Part shown: positions 50,625 to 63,197 of the stretch, one piece after another
Position numbering within the stretch: the first letter of the stretch is position 1
Layout: each line of letters starts with the position of its first letter
Origin: Macrostomum lignano
Lineage: Eukaryota
Direction of reading: 5' to 3'
DNA: 64,000 nucleotides
Assembly (NCBI GenBank): GCA_002269645.1
Contig: NIVC01003770.1
Coordinates: 1 to 64,000 of the forward strand
Made by a program: the position numbers and the translations under genes
The notes under the pieces: generated by a model
What the model was told of the DNA's origin: nothing
The model's database searches: none
The model's input: only the letters and a program-made list of their open reading frames with translations

Positions 50625-53600
50625 ATGATGAGCCCAAAGACGGAGCTAGCAGAGCTAGTCGTGCTGAACCTCCTGCTGATGGCATTATCTGTGGCGAATG
50701 CTCAGACTCTTGAAGGCTGGGCCAGCTCAAAGGAGGTGCCGTTGGGTGGCAGCCTGCGACTCCGTTGCAGCGCCGTCGGTCCGTCGGGTCTAGCGGTCCG
50801 CCTCGCCTGTCCGCTGCTCGCCAAGACTGCTGGGTCGGCGGCGACTTGCTTTGAAGATTGCCAACGATCGCCAAGAGCTGCGAAAGTCCCGGAGCTGCAG
50901 ACGGCTGCTCGGTGCGAGCTGAGGCGGCGGCAGGTGGCGGCGCCAGGGAGCAGCATGGGCGACTACGGGTGGTCAGAGGTGACGATAGAGTACGAGTTTT
51001 CCGATTTCAGTGAACGATACGATGGAAACTATACCTGCAAGTTCATGTTGCTGCGAGCCGTCAGCACCGTCAAGGTTGCATTGCCAGCGACTAACCCATC
51101 GATGACAAGTGCCGCTTATGCGACAACGCCGGAGCCAAAGAACTCGAAGATTGACGATTCTTCCGATAGCGCAGGTCAGTAAAACTGAAATTCAAAGATT
51201 TCTTTTTGAGACGCGGAACAGCTCTTTGATTGAAATTCTCTGAGTCGCCTGAGTGCCACCTTGGACTTTAGTGTATAACAGCTAGTGTCTAACAACTAGT
51301 GTCTAACAGCTAGTGTCTAACAGCTAGTGTTTAACAGCTAGTCTCTAACACCTAGTGTATTACAGCTAGTGTCTAACAACTAGTGTCTAACAGCTAGTGT
51401 CTAACAGCTAGTGTCTAACAGCTAGTGTCTAACAGCTAGTGTCTAACAGCTAGTGTCTAACAGATAGTGTCTAATAGCTAGCGTTTAACAGCTAGTGTCT
51501 AACAGCTAGTGTCTAACAGCTAGTCTCTAGCACCTAGTGTATTACAGCTAGTGTCTAACAGCTAGTGTCTAACAGCTAGTGTATAACAGCTAGTGTTTAA
51601 CAGCTAGTGTCTAACAGCTAGTGTATAACAGCTAGTGTTTAACAGCTAGTGTCTAACACCTAGTGTATTACAGCTAGTGTCTAACAGCTTGTGTCTAACA
51701 GCTAGTGTCTAACAGCTAGTGTCTAATAGCTATATTATCTAACAGCTAGTGTCTAATAGCTTGTGTCTAACAGCTAGTGTCTAACAGCTAGTGTCTAACA
51801 GCTAGTGTCTAATAGCTATATTATCTAACAGCTAGGGTCTCACAGCTAGTGTCTACTTACTTGACTCAGCTACAGGTGTTTCCGGACATCCGGATACAGT
51901 GGGGAGGCGTCGCCGCCCATCCTGCTAACCCCTGACGACGAGCAGTTGGTGATGCGGTGCCGTGCAGGGAGATCCGGTGGTGCCGGTGTCCGCAGCGCAG
52001 TCCCCCTCCGGGTGGTCGCTCGCCCGGTAGCCTTTAGTTAGCGGGCAAGCCGGCAGAAGTTCTCGGGGCCGAGGTAGTTGGAAAGGTCCGGGTTTTGGGC
52101 CCAGGTAGGTGAGCCTGTCCTGAGCAAAGGCGGGGCAGTCACAGATGAAGTGCTCCGCACTATCAACACTGGCGCAGAGGCAGAATGGGCATTCCTCATT
52201 ACGGATTTTTCCCGGAGGTAGCAATACCTGGCAGAACAGTCATGGTCCATTTGTCCCTCCGGTTGAATTTTGCAGCCGTAGACGTCGTGCGAAAGAGTTC
52301 AACAGCAGCCGTAAGCAATTCGGCAACTGGAATTGCGAAAAAGGCCAGACCGACCCAGGCCCCCCTTGGCGATTGGTTCCGAATGGAAATTTGTAAGTAA
52401 TGCTGCTCATATCTGATGCAACACAATCGGCGCGTACCCCGGTTAGTTCAAGCTGATAAGCTTCATTGCTTGCAGATGGACCGATCACACTGGGCCACGT
52501 GATCGCAGTCTCGCTAAGCGTAGTCACGCTACTGCTAGTCGCCTGCCTTGCAGCCGGCCTCGTCAGCTGCTACTGCCGACGAATTCGTCGAAAACGGCGA
52601 CACGCAGAATTTACGAGTAAGTCTTGGATGGTCTTGGATGAATTTTCAACTCGTTTTGTAATTGCTTTTTTGTAAGAGATTAAATTTTAGGACAAGATTT
52701 GGTACATTTTTCAAATTTAAATATTCTAGACACATCGTCTACTTAAAGTAGAAATATAAGTGTAACATGCTATTCTTCGTAATGACAAACACTATAACCA
52801 GAACTATAAATAGCTTCGCCTGTGTGGACTGCACAGGTGGCTGCGGCGCCTCGCTGCCGCGCGGCCGGCAGACACCAATCAGCGGCTTCTCAACAGCCGA
52901 CATCGCAGCCGCCGCGGCCGCCTCGGTGTCGGCATCAGCCACCTTGCAGGCTGGCGCAGACTCGTCGTGGACTTCATCGCCAATCTACGCCGACGTTGAA
53001 TCTTCGCCGCTGATCAGCGGCGGCGGCAGTGCCGGTCATCGACAGGATGCCGCCTTCGGCTCCCAGGGCCGTGGCATCAACGGGGCGGCCGTTGCTGTGG
53101 GAAGCAGCAGTGGTTCGTTCTTCAATCGCGACCAGCTTGGACGTCACTCGTTTCACAGCGTCCGCCAGCAGCATCAGGTGGTCAACCGAGGCGCGACCTC
53201 ATCAGCCGCTGCGTCGCCCGCGATTCCTAGGCAAAATCCGCTGCATTCTCCGCCATTCGCATTCGCTCCATCATCGGATGCTGTACCAGTGCCAATCCTG
53301 CAGCTGGTGACTGAGCAGCGAGTTGAGATTGACCGGCTCAGCCAGCAGCTGCGCAATTCGCAGAGGCAGTTGAACCAACTCGTGGCGTCGCACACAGACC
53401 TGCACCGGTGCCTGAGCTCCAGGCAGCTCAACTCAGCTGTTCGGCACAGACACGAGAGCGGTCCGCAGCAGCTGACTAATGAGTACCAGCAGGACCCCAG
53501 CCAGGACCGCTCTATTGTCGGAGGCGTCTACGGCTCCACAGATGCGCTGACGGTGGAGACAATTGACGAAGAATTTGAGGCTGATGGAACTTTGAAAACG

Positions 53601-53642
53601 CCGGCTCGCAAGCAGCAGCAGCAACGGCAGCAGTTGCATTAG
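50625..53642 (+). CDS. Single-pass membrane protein with one Ig-like domain and a long cytoplasmic tail; exons 50625-51174, 52476-52616, 52837-53642; 498 aa
   Basis: Signal peptide, Ig-like motifs LRLRCSA and DGNYTC, TM exon [22 protein letters not shown] then RRIRRKRR. Both introns are GT-AG phase 1 and join the ORFs in frame. Confidence 0.8.
51275..51857. repeat. 16-bp minisatellite (ctagtgtctaacagct-like)
   Basis: Direct inspection; intronic. Confidence 0.9.
51858..52460 (-). mobile_element. Degenerate 3' fragment of a non-LTR retrotransposon (C-terminal CCHC knuckle, 3' UTR, AAGT tail)
   Basis: [33 protein letters not shown], preceded by a frameshifted TGHCYL-like segment; ends aagtaagtag. 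Confidence 0.75.
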
Positions 53643-54059
53643 CGGCTTAGGCCATCGTCATTACATACTTGTCGCCTTGACTTTTGCCATACGTATAGTA
53701 TTGGTTTAAATCTGATACGCCAGTACATGTAACATGTGTAACGCAATCGATCTGCTTATGCTTATGATTTTTGATACACCTGACTAAGCTTCCCTTTACA
53801 GTTTAACGTTGCTATTTAGTAAAAAAAACCATGGCTGATATTGCAATATCCACAAATCAATGAGAGAGTTTTTTACCGAATAAGTCAATCACTGGTAGCT
53901 AGGCGAAAGAACGGTACTAACAATGTAAATTGAGCAAGAACAATAGCGATAAGGCAGCCACATGCTCAACAACAACGCGAGGACGGAGAAGCTCGGCGTT
54001 GATCCGTATCAACAGACTTTCCCGACATGTCTACAGGTATGACGATTGGAAACTCAAGG

Positions 54060-54190
54060 CCGCTGTACACCCTGTGTGAGCGTGAGCATGAGTGCGTGCC
54101 TGCGTACAGTATTGGCGCGCTTGCATGTGCTCAGGAGCCAGCGGAATGGGCAGAATCGCCTCAGCGCTAGTTGCGGGTGCTCGCAGCCCT
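54060..54190 (+). mobile_element. Diverged 5'-truncated copy of the 10011-10380 SINE 3' body (shorter copy at ~48605-48680)
   Basis: Shared blocks CCGCTGTACAC..TGTGTGAG..GTGCCTGCGTAC..GCGCGCTTG..GCGGAATGGGCAG. Confidence 0.65.
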
Positions 54191-55911
54191 CCTGCAAATG
54201 TTTGTTAGCATTATTAAGCTCTAGAATATATATAAGCTACAGCAGTCAAACTACTATCGAGTGAGTAGGTATGGAGCAATTTTTGCTTTGGCTCATAATA
54301 AATTCAAGAAGAAAAAAATAAACTATCAATCAAAATAAGTTTTCCATCAATCGCCCGCTTGCGCATACGGCTTCTCCGAGTTGCTTCTCCATCTCTAGGC
54401 GTCTCAACATTCTCCCGCAATTACACTTGTCCAGTTCTCCAATGCCGACTAACAAGAAGTGAGTACAGGCGCCAGCTAGGCCTTGACTTGCCTGGAGTGT
54501 ATAGATGCCTTCGAAATCAGGCGCCGGTGTGTGTGGGCTGCAAGGGGAAGGCGTCGTTTCTCATTTCGGTGGGCAAGGCCCGTTAAGCCGGAGACCTATA
54601 ATTGGTGGGTGCCTCCGGAGTTTTTGTTGAGTGGCCAAGGCGGCAGTAGAGGGGGGCGGCCCGGGGAGCCTGCATGGTGGCAACTGTGTGATATGGCGGT
54701 GATGAGCTGGCAAAACTCGCGGACGGCCTGGAGACCGCGGGGGAGCACGAGGGGAAGGGAACTAACTTGAAGACGGCAGAAGGAAGCAGCCAACGAGTTC
54801 AGTTCAGTCGCACTTGAGATGGAGAAAAAAACACAGAAGAAAGTTCTACCCAGAATTCGTCCCGGGAAGTGAAAGGCAAAACCGGGAATATAGAACTTTA
54901 TTCGGTTCTTCTGCTTTTTTCGGAGAAAAGGGAAAATGGCTTACGAAATCAGACATTCGGTTCATTCTACAAGGCCACTACAAGGCAAGAGAGGAGCGAC
55001 AGTGCAATAGGTAAGTTCTTATACTGTGCTCAAGAGGTAAATACTCGTATGTTTGTTCCTACCCGAAGGCACACTTTTTTAATTTGCACAAATCAAAACT
55101 GTGCAGTGCCAGCAGTGTTTGAAGTATGTTTCATTTTTTATTGAAGTTTTTTTAGCAGATGGCTTTAGTAAAAGTACTAGCCGTAGTCAGCAAAAAAGTT
55201 CAAATATTCAAATTGTAACTCTTCTGAAATTAAATGCCACCAATATTCTTGGACCTACCGGGGGGATTGCTGAGATGTCAATGCTTACGGGGGGAGGAAT
55301 CGTTAAGATGGTAAGGCTTGGGGGGGGAATTGCTGAGATGTCAAGGCTTGCGGGGGGAGGAATCGTTAAGATGGTAAGGCTTGGGGAGAATTGCTGAGAT
55401 TTCAAGGTTGAGGTCAGAAGCTGCATGTAGTTTAATCAAATTGTTATTTTACTTTTTTGTTGGCTCCCCAACGGTGAGGCGCTGATTGCTAGTAGACAAA
55501 CTCACTCCGCTAAGCTGTTAACATTCTTGGATCTCAGGCTAGTGTAAGAAAAGAATACCTATGGAAGCAAAGAGAACGGGAAACTGTGTGTGTACATAAG
55601 AAGACGCGATGGGCGTGCCTTGTGGCATGGCAGATAGCCAGGTTTCAATTCTTTTCGAAAGTTTCGCGCGACATGAGCTCAGTGCAGAGACACACAGAAT
55701 TGGCAACAATGTGCAAACAATAGAAGGAAGAATGACAGAACAGCACACCAACCTCATTGCCAACCTTCTTTTTATGCATGCATCTATTTTTGCTCTACGC
55801 GAGAGACTTAGGTTGAGCTTGCTGATGAGAAGAGATACCCACACAGGAATGTCACTGAGCTCTAAAACTTTTCGTTGCAATTATTTCTCTGTAACAGACT
55901 GGGCTGCACCG

Positions 55912-57159
55912 ATGCTTTGGAACGCTCTGATGTTGCTACTGCTAATGCTGACCGCAGTTCCCACCGATGTTGACTCAGCCAGCCTTGCGGAAGTCTGCGG
56001 CCACAGCTGCAACTTTACTAGCCTGTATCAGGGCCTGTCGCGAACTCTGACAGCCGCAGCCACCTCAACGGAAGATAACGACAGGGAACTCGCCGATTCT
56101 GTGGCAGACTTTGCTAGCGGTTTGTCGGCGCTCAACCTTCGCCTCCGACAGGAGCTCGCACAGGCCGCCAACTGCGCCAGACGCTGGCTGAAAGGACCAG
56201 TTGGCTCCAACTGCTACCTCTGCTGCCCCGACCCGACTCTGGGCGATCTGATCCCCGCGATGGACTGCATCAAAGCCGAGGTGAAGCTCAGCATAGCCGG
56301 CGCTGACAGGGCTGCCGCGACCGCGCTGCCGCGATCTTACAACTATCCCGACTTGGCCTTCGACACGCACAACGTCTTCTCGGGCGCCTTTATGGACTTC
56401 GTGCGGCAGCTAGCGATTGATTCTAGACAGGCCCGTCTTGAACTGGACGCATTCGGCGTGTTCTACAGCCGACTGCGGCTGTTGCCGGACAAAGTGAACA
56501 TCACCTTGACGCCAATGGATCACAGCGACTGTCTTAAACTGCATCCGCTTTGGCGAAACATGTTTGGCGTGGCGTTGCAGCAGCTGGTTATGCGCGAGGT
56601 TGCTGCGTCAGGATCCGCCCAAGGCTATTCCAAGGACTCCGAGGCGGTTTGGCGAGCTTATTTAAACGTGGCCGATATTGCTACGCGAGCGAAAATTGCG
56701 TGCAACTCCATTTCAGCTAGCAAGTCACGCAGCGTTCTCGATGTCGGCGGACAGCATAGCCACATCGCGTTAGCAGTTCTGCTGCCGATTCTGTTTCTGC
56801 TGTTTCTGGCAATTTTAATCGTGATTTTGCTGCGCCGCCGACGGAAGCAAAAGCGACGAAGGCGTGAATTTGCCATGGATCAGCCGACTGCGGATACAGT
56901 CGATGAGCAAGGTTCCGCTGTAGCTGCCATTATAAACAGAAAAATCACCGACGATAACGAGACGAACTGCGAGGACCGCGTCAGCGCAAAAGCCGATGAA
57001 GATAACATCGAAGACGGCGACGATGACGCTGACTGCGGCGACACAGCGTCCAGATCGTCTGCCGATGGGGCTGACCTGGGGGCGGCTGCGGCAGTAGGCG
57101 TCGACAGTGTGCTCCGCCGGCCTGACGGCAGTGTGATCAATGATCCTGATGAGATGTGA
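55912..57159 (+). CDS. Orphan type I membrane protein, ~415 aa, single coding exon
   Basis: ATG 55912 MLWNALMLLLLMLTAVPTD (signal), Cys-containing ectodomain, TM IALAVLLPILFLLFLAILIVILL, RRRRKQKRRRR and acidic tail. A splice acceptor ctctgtaacag lies just upstream. Confidence 0.78.
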   Translation: MLWNALMLLLLMLTAVPTDVDSASLAEVCGHSCNFTSLYQGLSRTLTAAATSTEDNDRELADSVADFASGLSALNLRLRQELAQAANCARRWLKGPVGSNCYLCCPDPTLGDLIPAMDCIKAEVKLSIAGADRAAATALPRSYNYPDLAFDTHNVFSGAFMDFVRQLAIDSRQARLELDAFGVFYSRLRLLPDKVNITLTPMDHSDCLKLHPLWRNMFGVALQQLVMREVAASGSAQGYSKDSEAVWRAYLNVADIATRAKIACNSISASKSRSVLDVGGQHSHIALAVLLPILFLLFLAILIVILLRRRRKQKRRRREFAMDQPTADTVDEQGSAVAAIINRKITDDNETNCEDRVSAKADEDNIEDGDDDADCGDTASRSSADGADLGAAAAVGVDSVLRRPDGSVINDPDEM

Positions 57160-57361
57160 CTTGTGGGAGTAGCGAGCCTTAAGCTTTCTAGTCAGTAGCA
57201 ACAATATTTATTTTTCATTTCTCATATTGTACATAGCTTCTTTAGTTCAATCTCTAATTGTGATTATCGCCGAGTCGATGTAGATATTATTAAGTTATTG
57301 ACTAGTCGTCAGTGGGTTGTAGGTCTAGCGGCACTTAAGATTAAGAATGCTCATTCCGTTG

Positions 57362-57897
57362 ATGCCACTGATGCCAGATCCCGATCCAGGAATCCTAATG
57401 ATGCCAGATCCCGACCCAGGAATCCTAATGATGCCAGATCCCGATCCAGGAATCCTGATGATGCCAGATCCCGATCCAGGAATCCTAATGATGCCAGATC
57501 CCGACCCAGGAATCCTAATGATGCCAGATCCCGATCCAGGAATCCTAATGATGCCAGATCCCGATCCAGGAATCCTAATGATGCCAGATCCCGACCCAGG
57601 AATCCTAATGATGCCAGATCCCGATCCAGGAATCCTGATGATGCCAGATCCCGATCCAGGAATCCTGATGATGCCAGATCCCGACCCAGGAATCCTAATG
57701 ATGCCAGATCCCGACCCAGGAATCCTAATGATGCCAGATCCCGATCCAGGAATCCTGATGATGCCAGATCCCGATCCAGGAATCCTGATGATGCCAGATC
57801 CCGATCCAGGAATCTTAATGATGCCAGATCCCGATCTAGCAATCCTGATGATTCCAGATCCCGATTCAGGAACCCTGACGATTCCGGATCCCGATAG
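57362..57897. repeat. 30-bp minisatellite (atgccagatcccgatccaggaatcctaatg)
   Basis: Direct inspection. Confidence 0.93.
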
Positions 57898-58704
57898 CTA
57901 TTCTATATTTAGCCAAACCTTAAATAAGCGTGCTACTCGTAGTTTGCATCAGGCAAAAACTGCTGGAACATTGACTTCTTACACCGACACTCAGATAAAA
58001 TTTAATTTGAACACCAGCTCAATAATGCTAGACTTTGGAGGTCAGTAATACACTGTATTAATGTATGTCTCTATCACTGTAAATAAATTATTTTTAATAA
58101 TAACCTAACTTACTAGTACTATCAATAATACTATCTGTACTAAACTAGAGTTTTGGACTCTAAAAAACGATGAAGGCTTGAAATTTCTATTGAAAAAGTA
58201 AACGCAAGATGCGATCACATAAGTAAAGCGCGCCTCAAGCGAGCGTGTATATTAGTTAAAAACGAATAGATTATAACAAATACTAATATTAATAATTTTT
58301 AAAGATCAAAGCGGCAAGGTAAAACGAGTGAGCCAGCATAACTTTCCGAATGTTGAAACAGCGAATAAAATAATAAAAAACTTACTTTCAGCTGAATGGC
58401 TCAAGTATTTTTTATGTAAATATTATATAAATAAGATGCTTTAGAAGACTAGGGTGAAGCCATAAATAAACAGACTAGGGTGACGCAAGCATGATTGGTT
58501 ATTAAAACTACTACTAGTACTATCTTCAGCACAAAAATTAAAACACTATTTGAGAGCAACACGATAATCGCTACAATATTAACACAAATTAGAGTAGAGC
58601 TTTGCCGTGTGAGTGCAAATTTAAAACCAACAAAAATATGAAAACAATACAATACTACTAATAGCAGACAGATATTCAAAAGCTTTCTAAAGCTTTTTGA
58701 TGCT

Positions 58705-59105
58705 AATCATTTGGCTGTTCACTTAGCTAATCATTTGCCTGTTCACTTAGCCAATCATTTGGCTGTTGAATTAGCCAATCATTTGGCTGTTGAATTAGCT
58801 AATCATTTGGCTGTTGAATTAGCTAATCATTTGGCTGTTGAATTAGCTAATCATTTGGCTGTTCACTTAGCTAATCATTTGGCTGTTCACTTAGCCAATC
58901 ATTTGGCTGTTGAATTAGCCAATCATTTGGCTGTTGAATTAGCTAATCATTTGGCTGTTCACTTAGCTAATCATTTGGCTGTTCACTTAGCCAATCATTT
59001 GGCTGTTGAATTAGCTAATCATTTGGCTGTTCACTTAGCTAATCATTTGGCTGTTCACTTAGCCAATCATTTGGCTGTTGAATTAGCTAATCATTTGGCT
59101 GGTCA
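58705..59105. repeat. 24-bp minisatellite (aatcatttggctgttcacttagct)
   Basis: Direct inspection. Confidence 0.92.
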
Positions 59106-59739
59106 ATTATTAACTAATCACGCGGTGAATTTGGTGGAAGCTTAGGTGAGTGAGTGCTTGAGGAAGACAAAGAAAAATGGATACGATGGAATTAAAAACT
59201 GCGTGCAATAGCACAATATAGTTATATAATATATACCATAGCTAGATCTACAATAGACTAGCAAAGTTCTGGCACAAGTACAACAATAAGTACGAATAGA
59301 TTCCGTGAATAGTAAATCCATCCGAAACAGAGAAAAATAGCTCAAGTGTTTTAAATATCTGCTTCACAAGACACACAGAATGCAATAAGAACTCAGTGAA
59401 CAAAAATCTACGCAAAGTAAACTCGTTGGAACTTGGAAGTGACATAAAAGTACATACTATATACTAAGGTGTATAAAAAAGCAATTGACGGTGATGCAAA
59501 CAAAAGCAATGCAGCAAGGTAAAAAAGGTTGAAGTGTGAAGACTGCAGACAAAGTGTGCAGCATTGCAACACAGCCGAATCTCAAGTACGTAGTTGCAGG
59601 AAATCAAGGCCTGTCGAAAAAAAACTGCTTTACAACGTAGAATTAAACCAAAAAATATATGACAAAAAAGAACTTTCCGAATATATTTAACATAAGACAA
59701 ACCGCGCGAGGGAACAGTTTCACTGACACATACACTCCT

Positions 59740-60082
59740 GAGAATCTCACCCCACTTATGTAGTAGTCTAGGTGAGAATCTCACCCCATTGATGCAGTCT
59801 ATAGGTGAGAATCTCACCCCATTGTTGATGTAGTCTAAAAGTGAGAATCTCACCCCATCGATGTAGTAATCTAGGTAAGAATCTCACCCAATCGATGTAG
59901 TAGACTAGGTAAGAATCTCACCCCATTGATGTAGTCTATAGGTGAGAATCTCACCCCATCGATGTAGTCTAGGTGAGACTCTCAACACATGGATGCAGTC
60001 TAGGTGAGAATCTCACCTCATCGATGTAGTCTAGGTGAGACTCTCAACACATTGATGCAGTCTAGGTGAGAATCTCACCCTC
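59740..60082. repeat. ~31-35-bp repeat with palindromic core GGTGAGA-A-TCTCACC
   Basis: About 10 units. Confidence 0.88.
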
Positions 60083-60198
60083 AATGTTCAGCACTATCAA
60101 GAAACTCAACGATCTTCCAAAAAATTGCACTCTGAGATAAATTAAAAACAGTAAGATAGCCGGCACACACTGGCTACACAGCTATGGCCATACGATAG

Positions 60199-63197
60199 TC
60201 AGAATAGCAAATCAGCCGAGTTGGCAGCCGACCAGGCCTCAGACGGGTCGGAGGCAAGCAGGCTGTCGTTCGCTTTTTTATCGGCAAGCGGAGGACCAGC
60301 TGAAGCGGCTGTAACGGGCGAAGCTGCGCCAATGTTTGCGCCCCAAACAAATTTGTCGGCATTGTTGATCAAGCCTGTTTGATAGTTTGCAATGGATGCT
60401 AACGGACTGCTCAATGGTACAGCTTCCGGCATCTGATTTGGCTGCTGCAGAGCCTGCTGTCGATGCTCAAGTATGCTCTGGTCGCTCTGGTAGACGAAAG
60501 TCTGCTCAAGAGACGCCTCGCTAGCGAAAGCCAACTGTGGGAAAATTACTATTATTATTATGCAACGAGACGATGTACTTTAAAAAAGTACAAAAAATTG
60601 GCAAGAGTGCATTAAGCAAGCCAATTGGAATATCAGCTTTTTTAGCAAAGTAAACTTATTTGTGTGCTTGTCTTTAAGTTAAGCTGAGTTCGTTTGGTTA
60701 GTATGCATCTGGTCTGGATAGGCCTCTGTCACCTCAGACAATTACCGTGAGCAAATATGGCGAATATAAAGGTTCACCCTGCTGTGATTGAGAAGCAGCT
60801 CTGGGCTTCCGTCAAACTACAGGTCGGGAATACAGAACCACCGCACCACCCCCACAATGTCAAAAGTCCTTTCTAGTAATAAGATTTAATAATTTGATGG
60901 CTTTAACACCTCACCTTCTTTCGTCTAACCTCAGCGCCAGTTACTTTAGAATGCTCCGTTGGCGTTTCTGCTTTCGCTTCGGCCAATAGACGTTGAGCCT
61001 CTTCGGCGAGCTGAGGATCTGCTCGACTATCCAAATGGCCGTGAGCCTCTGCGCTTCGAATATGATCCCAAACTGTGCTCTGGGCAAGCCAGCTGTGCTC
61101 ATCAGCGGATTCGCTATCAACTTTATTCCCTAAAGAGAATAGTTGCGGCTTGTTTACTGGCGACTTAACGCACTGGCCAACTCGGACAGGCGTTACACAA
61201 TCGGGTATGCCTAGCTTAACAGCTGCTTCATCCGTTGATTCAGCAAAAAAGTACCAAGACTTGCCAGCCCTTCTAATACTGGCCAACTCAGTTGAGCTTA
61301 GGGGTACTCGACGAGCCCTGCTGGTACTGTCGACTTTTGCTACTCCAGCATTACGCAGGGTAGTATCTACGCTGCTCTGTCTTTTAGACGAACTTTTAGG
61401 CGCTGTGGCATTGGTAATAGGTGGAGTTTTATTGTTTTTTTGTTGTTGAACTACCTCAATGCTACTCGGTCTCATGCCTATGCCTTTATGTACTGCGGCA
61501 TCCGCTAGAAAACTTTGCTTTTCCTCGCGTTGGACAACTACTACGCTGCTTGGTCTCTTGTGGGTGTTATTAGAAGCCGGACTAGCGGCCGTCGGTTGCC
61601 TCTGAAGAGCAATGGACGACCAAGTCTTAAACTGGCCGCTACTGCCGCTGTCTTGATTAAGGTGAGATCTGGACAGCTGACTGGCAGCGGGTTTGACTGA
61701 AGCTAACGAGCCAGACTGACGAATAGACTCTGGTCTTTTTCTCACAGGCCTAACCTGATCTTCCAACTGATATCTGCCATTGTTCTTTGTTTTAACAGGT
61801 TCAGTATAAATAATGCTTGCTGAGCTTCTTTGTGAAACTTTGCCGTCACTCGAGTCAGAGGAAACAAAACGAATTGACGAAGACTGCCGCCTTGGATCGC
61901 TTTTCATTTCGTCTTTGATGACAGCAGCGGATACAGAGGAAACCGAAGTGGCTCTCTTCGTGTACTCTGACTTTTGAGCACTGAAATTATGCCCGGCAGG
62001 CACCGAGTGTCTTACTGAATCTTTAGGACGAATGGAGTTGATCTGCTGTGTTTTTGAAACACTGGATCGATCAGATTTGTCAGCATAGTCGCGCCTAATG
62101 GCAGTTATACCTTTCTTGATTGAATCATCCCTGGACAAGTTAGAAGTAGCATTGCTGCTAAGCACTGACGGCTTCATTAAGTTTCTTAATGAGTCAGGAA
62201 AAGCGCCACTAGAGGAAATTTCCATCTGTCGTACAGGATCCTTGACTCCAGCTTGACTGACAGACTTTGATAATTGGCTGCTTCGATTTTCGGATGTCTG
62301 AGAACTGCCACTAGCAACATAAATCGACTGTCCGATTGTTTCTTTGGCTTGATCGAGACTTCGGGTGTCATTTGGTCCTGAATGGTTTCTTGGACTATGC
62401 GTTGCTAATTTCTTTGATTCTTCAGGGCTAGCAGTAGCTTGACTAACAATTGTAGGCTTAGCGGAACCAGTAGAATGACTAAATGAAGCTTTAGCCTGCT
62501 GCAATATTGACGGCGTAGTCGATGTCTTATTTGCGCGAATGATAGTTGGTTCGTTGCGTTGCATTATTTTTAAATCGCTCTTATTACTATTGAGATGACC
62601 TCCATCTTTATTATCTGCTACTTTCTGGTGCTCGGTCGGATTGGCTTCAAAAATTGATCGTACATTCTGTACTATGTTTTTAATTGGAAGCGACACGTCA
62701 CTGGGTATTGGCACGAAACTCTCAGTTTGGTTAGCTTTCTTATTAGTCGCAGCTTCACTGCTCTTTGAAGCAGCGGGTGTTGTGGATATTACTGACTGTG
62801 CTGGCTGCTGAACAGGTGTGATATCTGTCTGTTTCGATTGATTTTTTGTTACTACAAGATTATGCTGCTGTTTGGCGGCCCCAGTTTGAGCAGGTGCAGA
62901 CGACATTGTCGGTAGTGCAGCGGTGCCATTCTGTGAACCACAGCCAGCACCGCTCGCCTGCCCGAATCGGTTAAGCAACTGGGTGACAAATCCAGGCTGG
63001 AATGGCAACTCCGTGTCCGACTGTATGCTGTAGCTCTGGCCGCCTGGCCATGGCTGACGTTCGAGCTCTTTGGATCGTTGCAGTTGGACTTCCAGCAGCA
63101 CGCGATCGATGGCCGACTGTGGGGGCGCGGTGTGACTAGCCGAGTCCATCTGGTGGAATGCTATAGAGCGTTGATCAGGTAAGCAGTCAGCCAGCAG
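60199..63197 (-). CDS. Ser/Thr-rich, largely disordered protein of unknown function; exons 63197-60915 and 60534-60199; 5' end uncertain
   Basis: 2283-nt phase 0-0 exon (ctgcag|LLADC..RRKK|GTGAGG) spliced to ttcccacag|LAFASE..DLLF*. An upstream donor at 63955 follows sequence with stops in all three frames (possible UTR exon; first in-exon ATG is 63149). Confidence 0.7.

Noticed and set aside
55609-55911. N-terminal 101 codons of the 516-aa ORF
   Set aside because: AT-richer sequence containing a splice acceptor at ~55897; the signal peptide starts at ATG 55912.
57298-58048. RSRNPNDA and MMPDPDPGIL repeat ORFs
   Set aside because: A 30-bp minisatellite open in several frames, with no flanking gene structure.
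59740-60082. CRISPR-like palindromic repeats with intervening sequence
   Set aside because: The spacers are near-copies of each other, there are no cas genes and the context is eukaryotic; this is a minisatellite.
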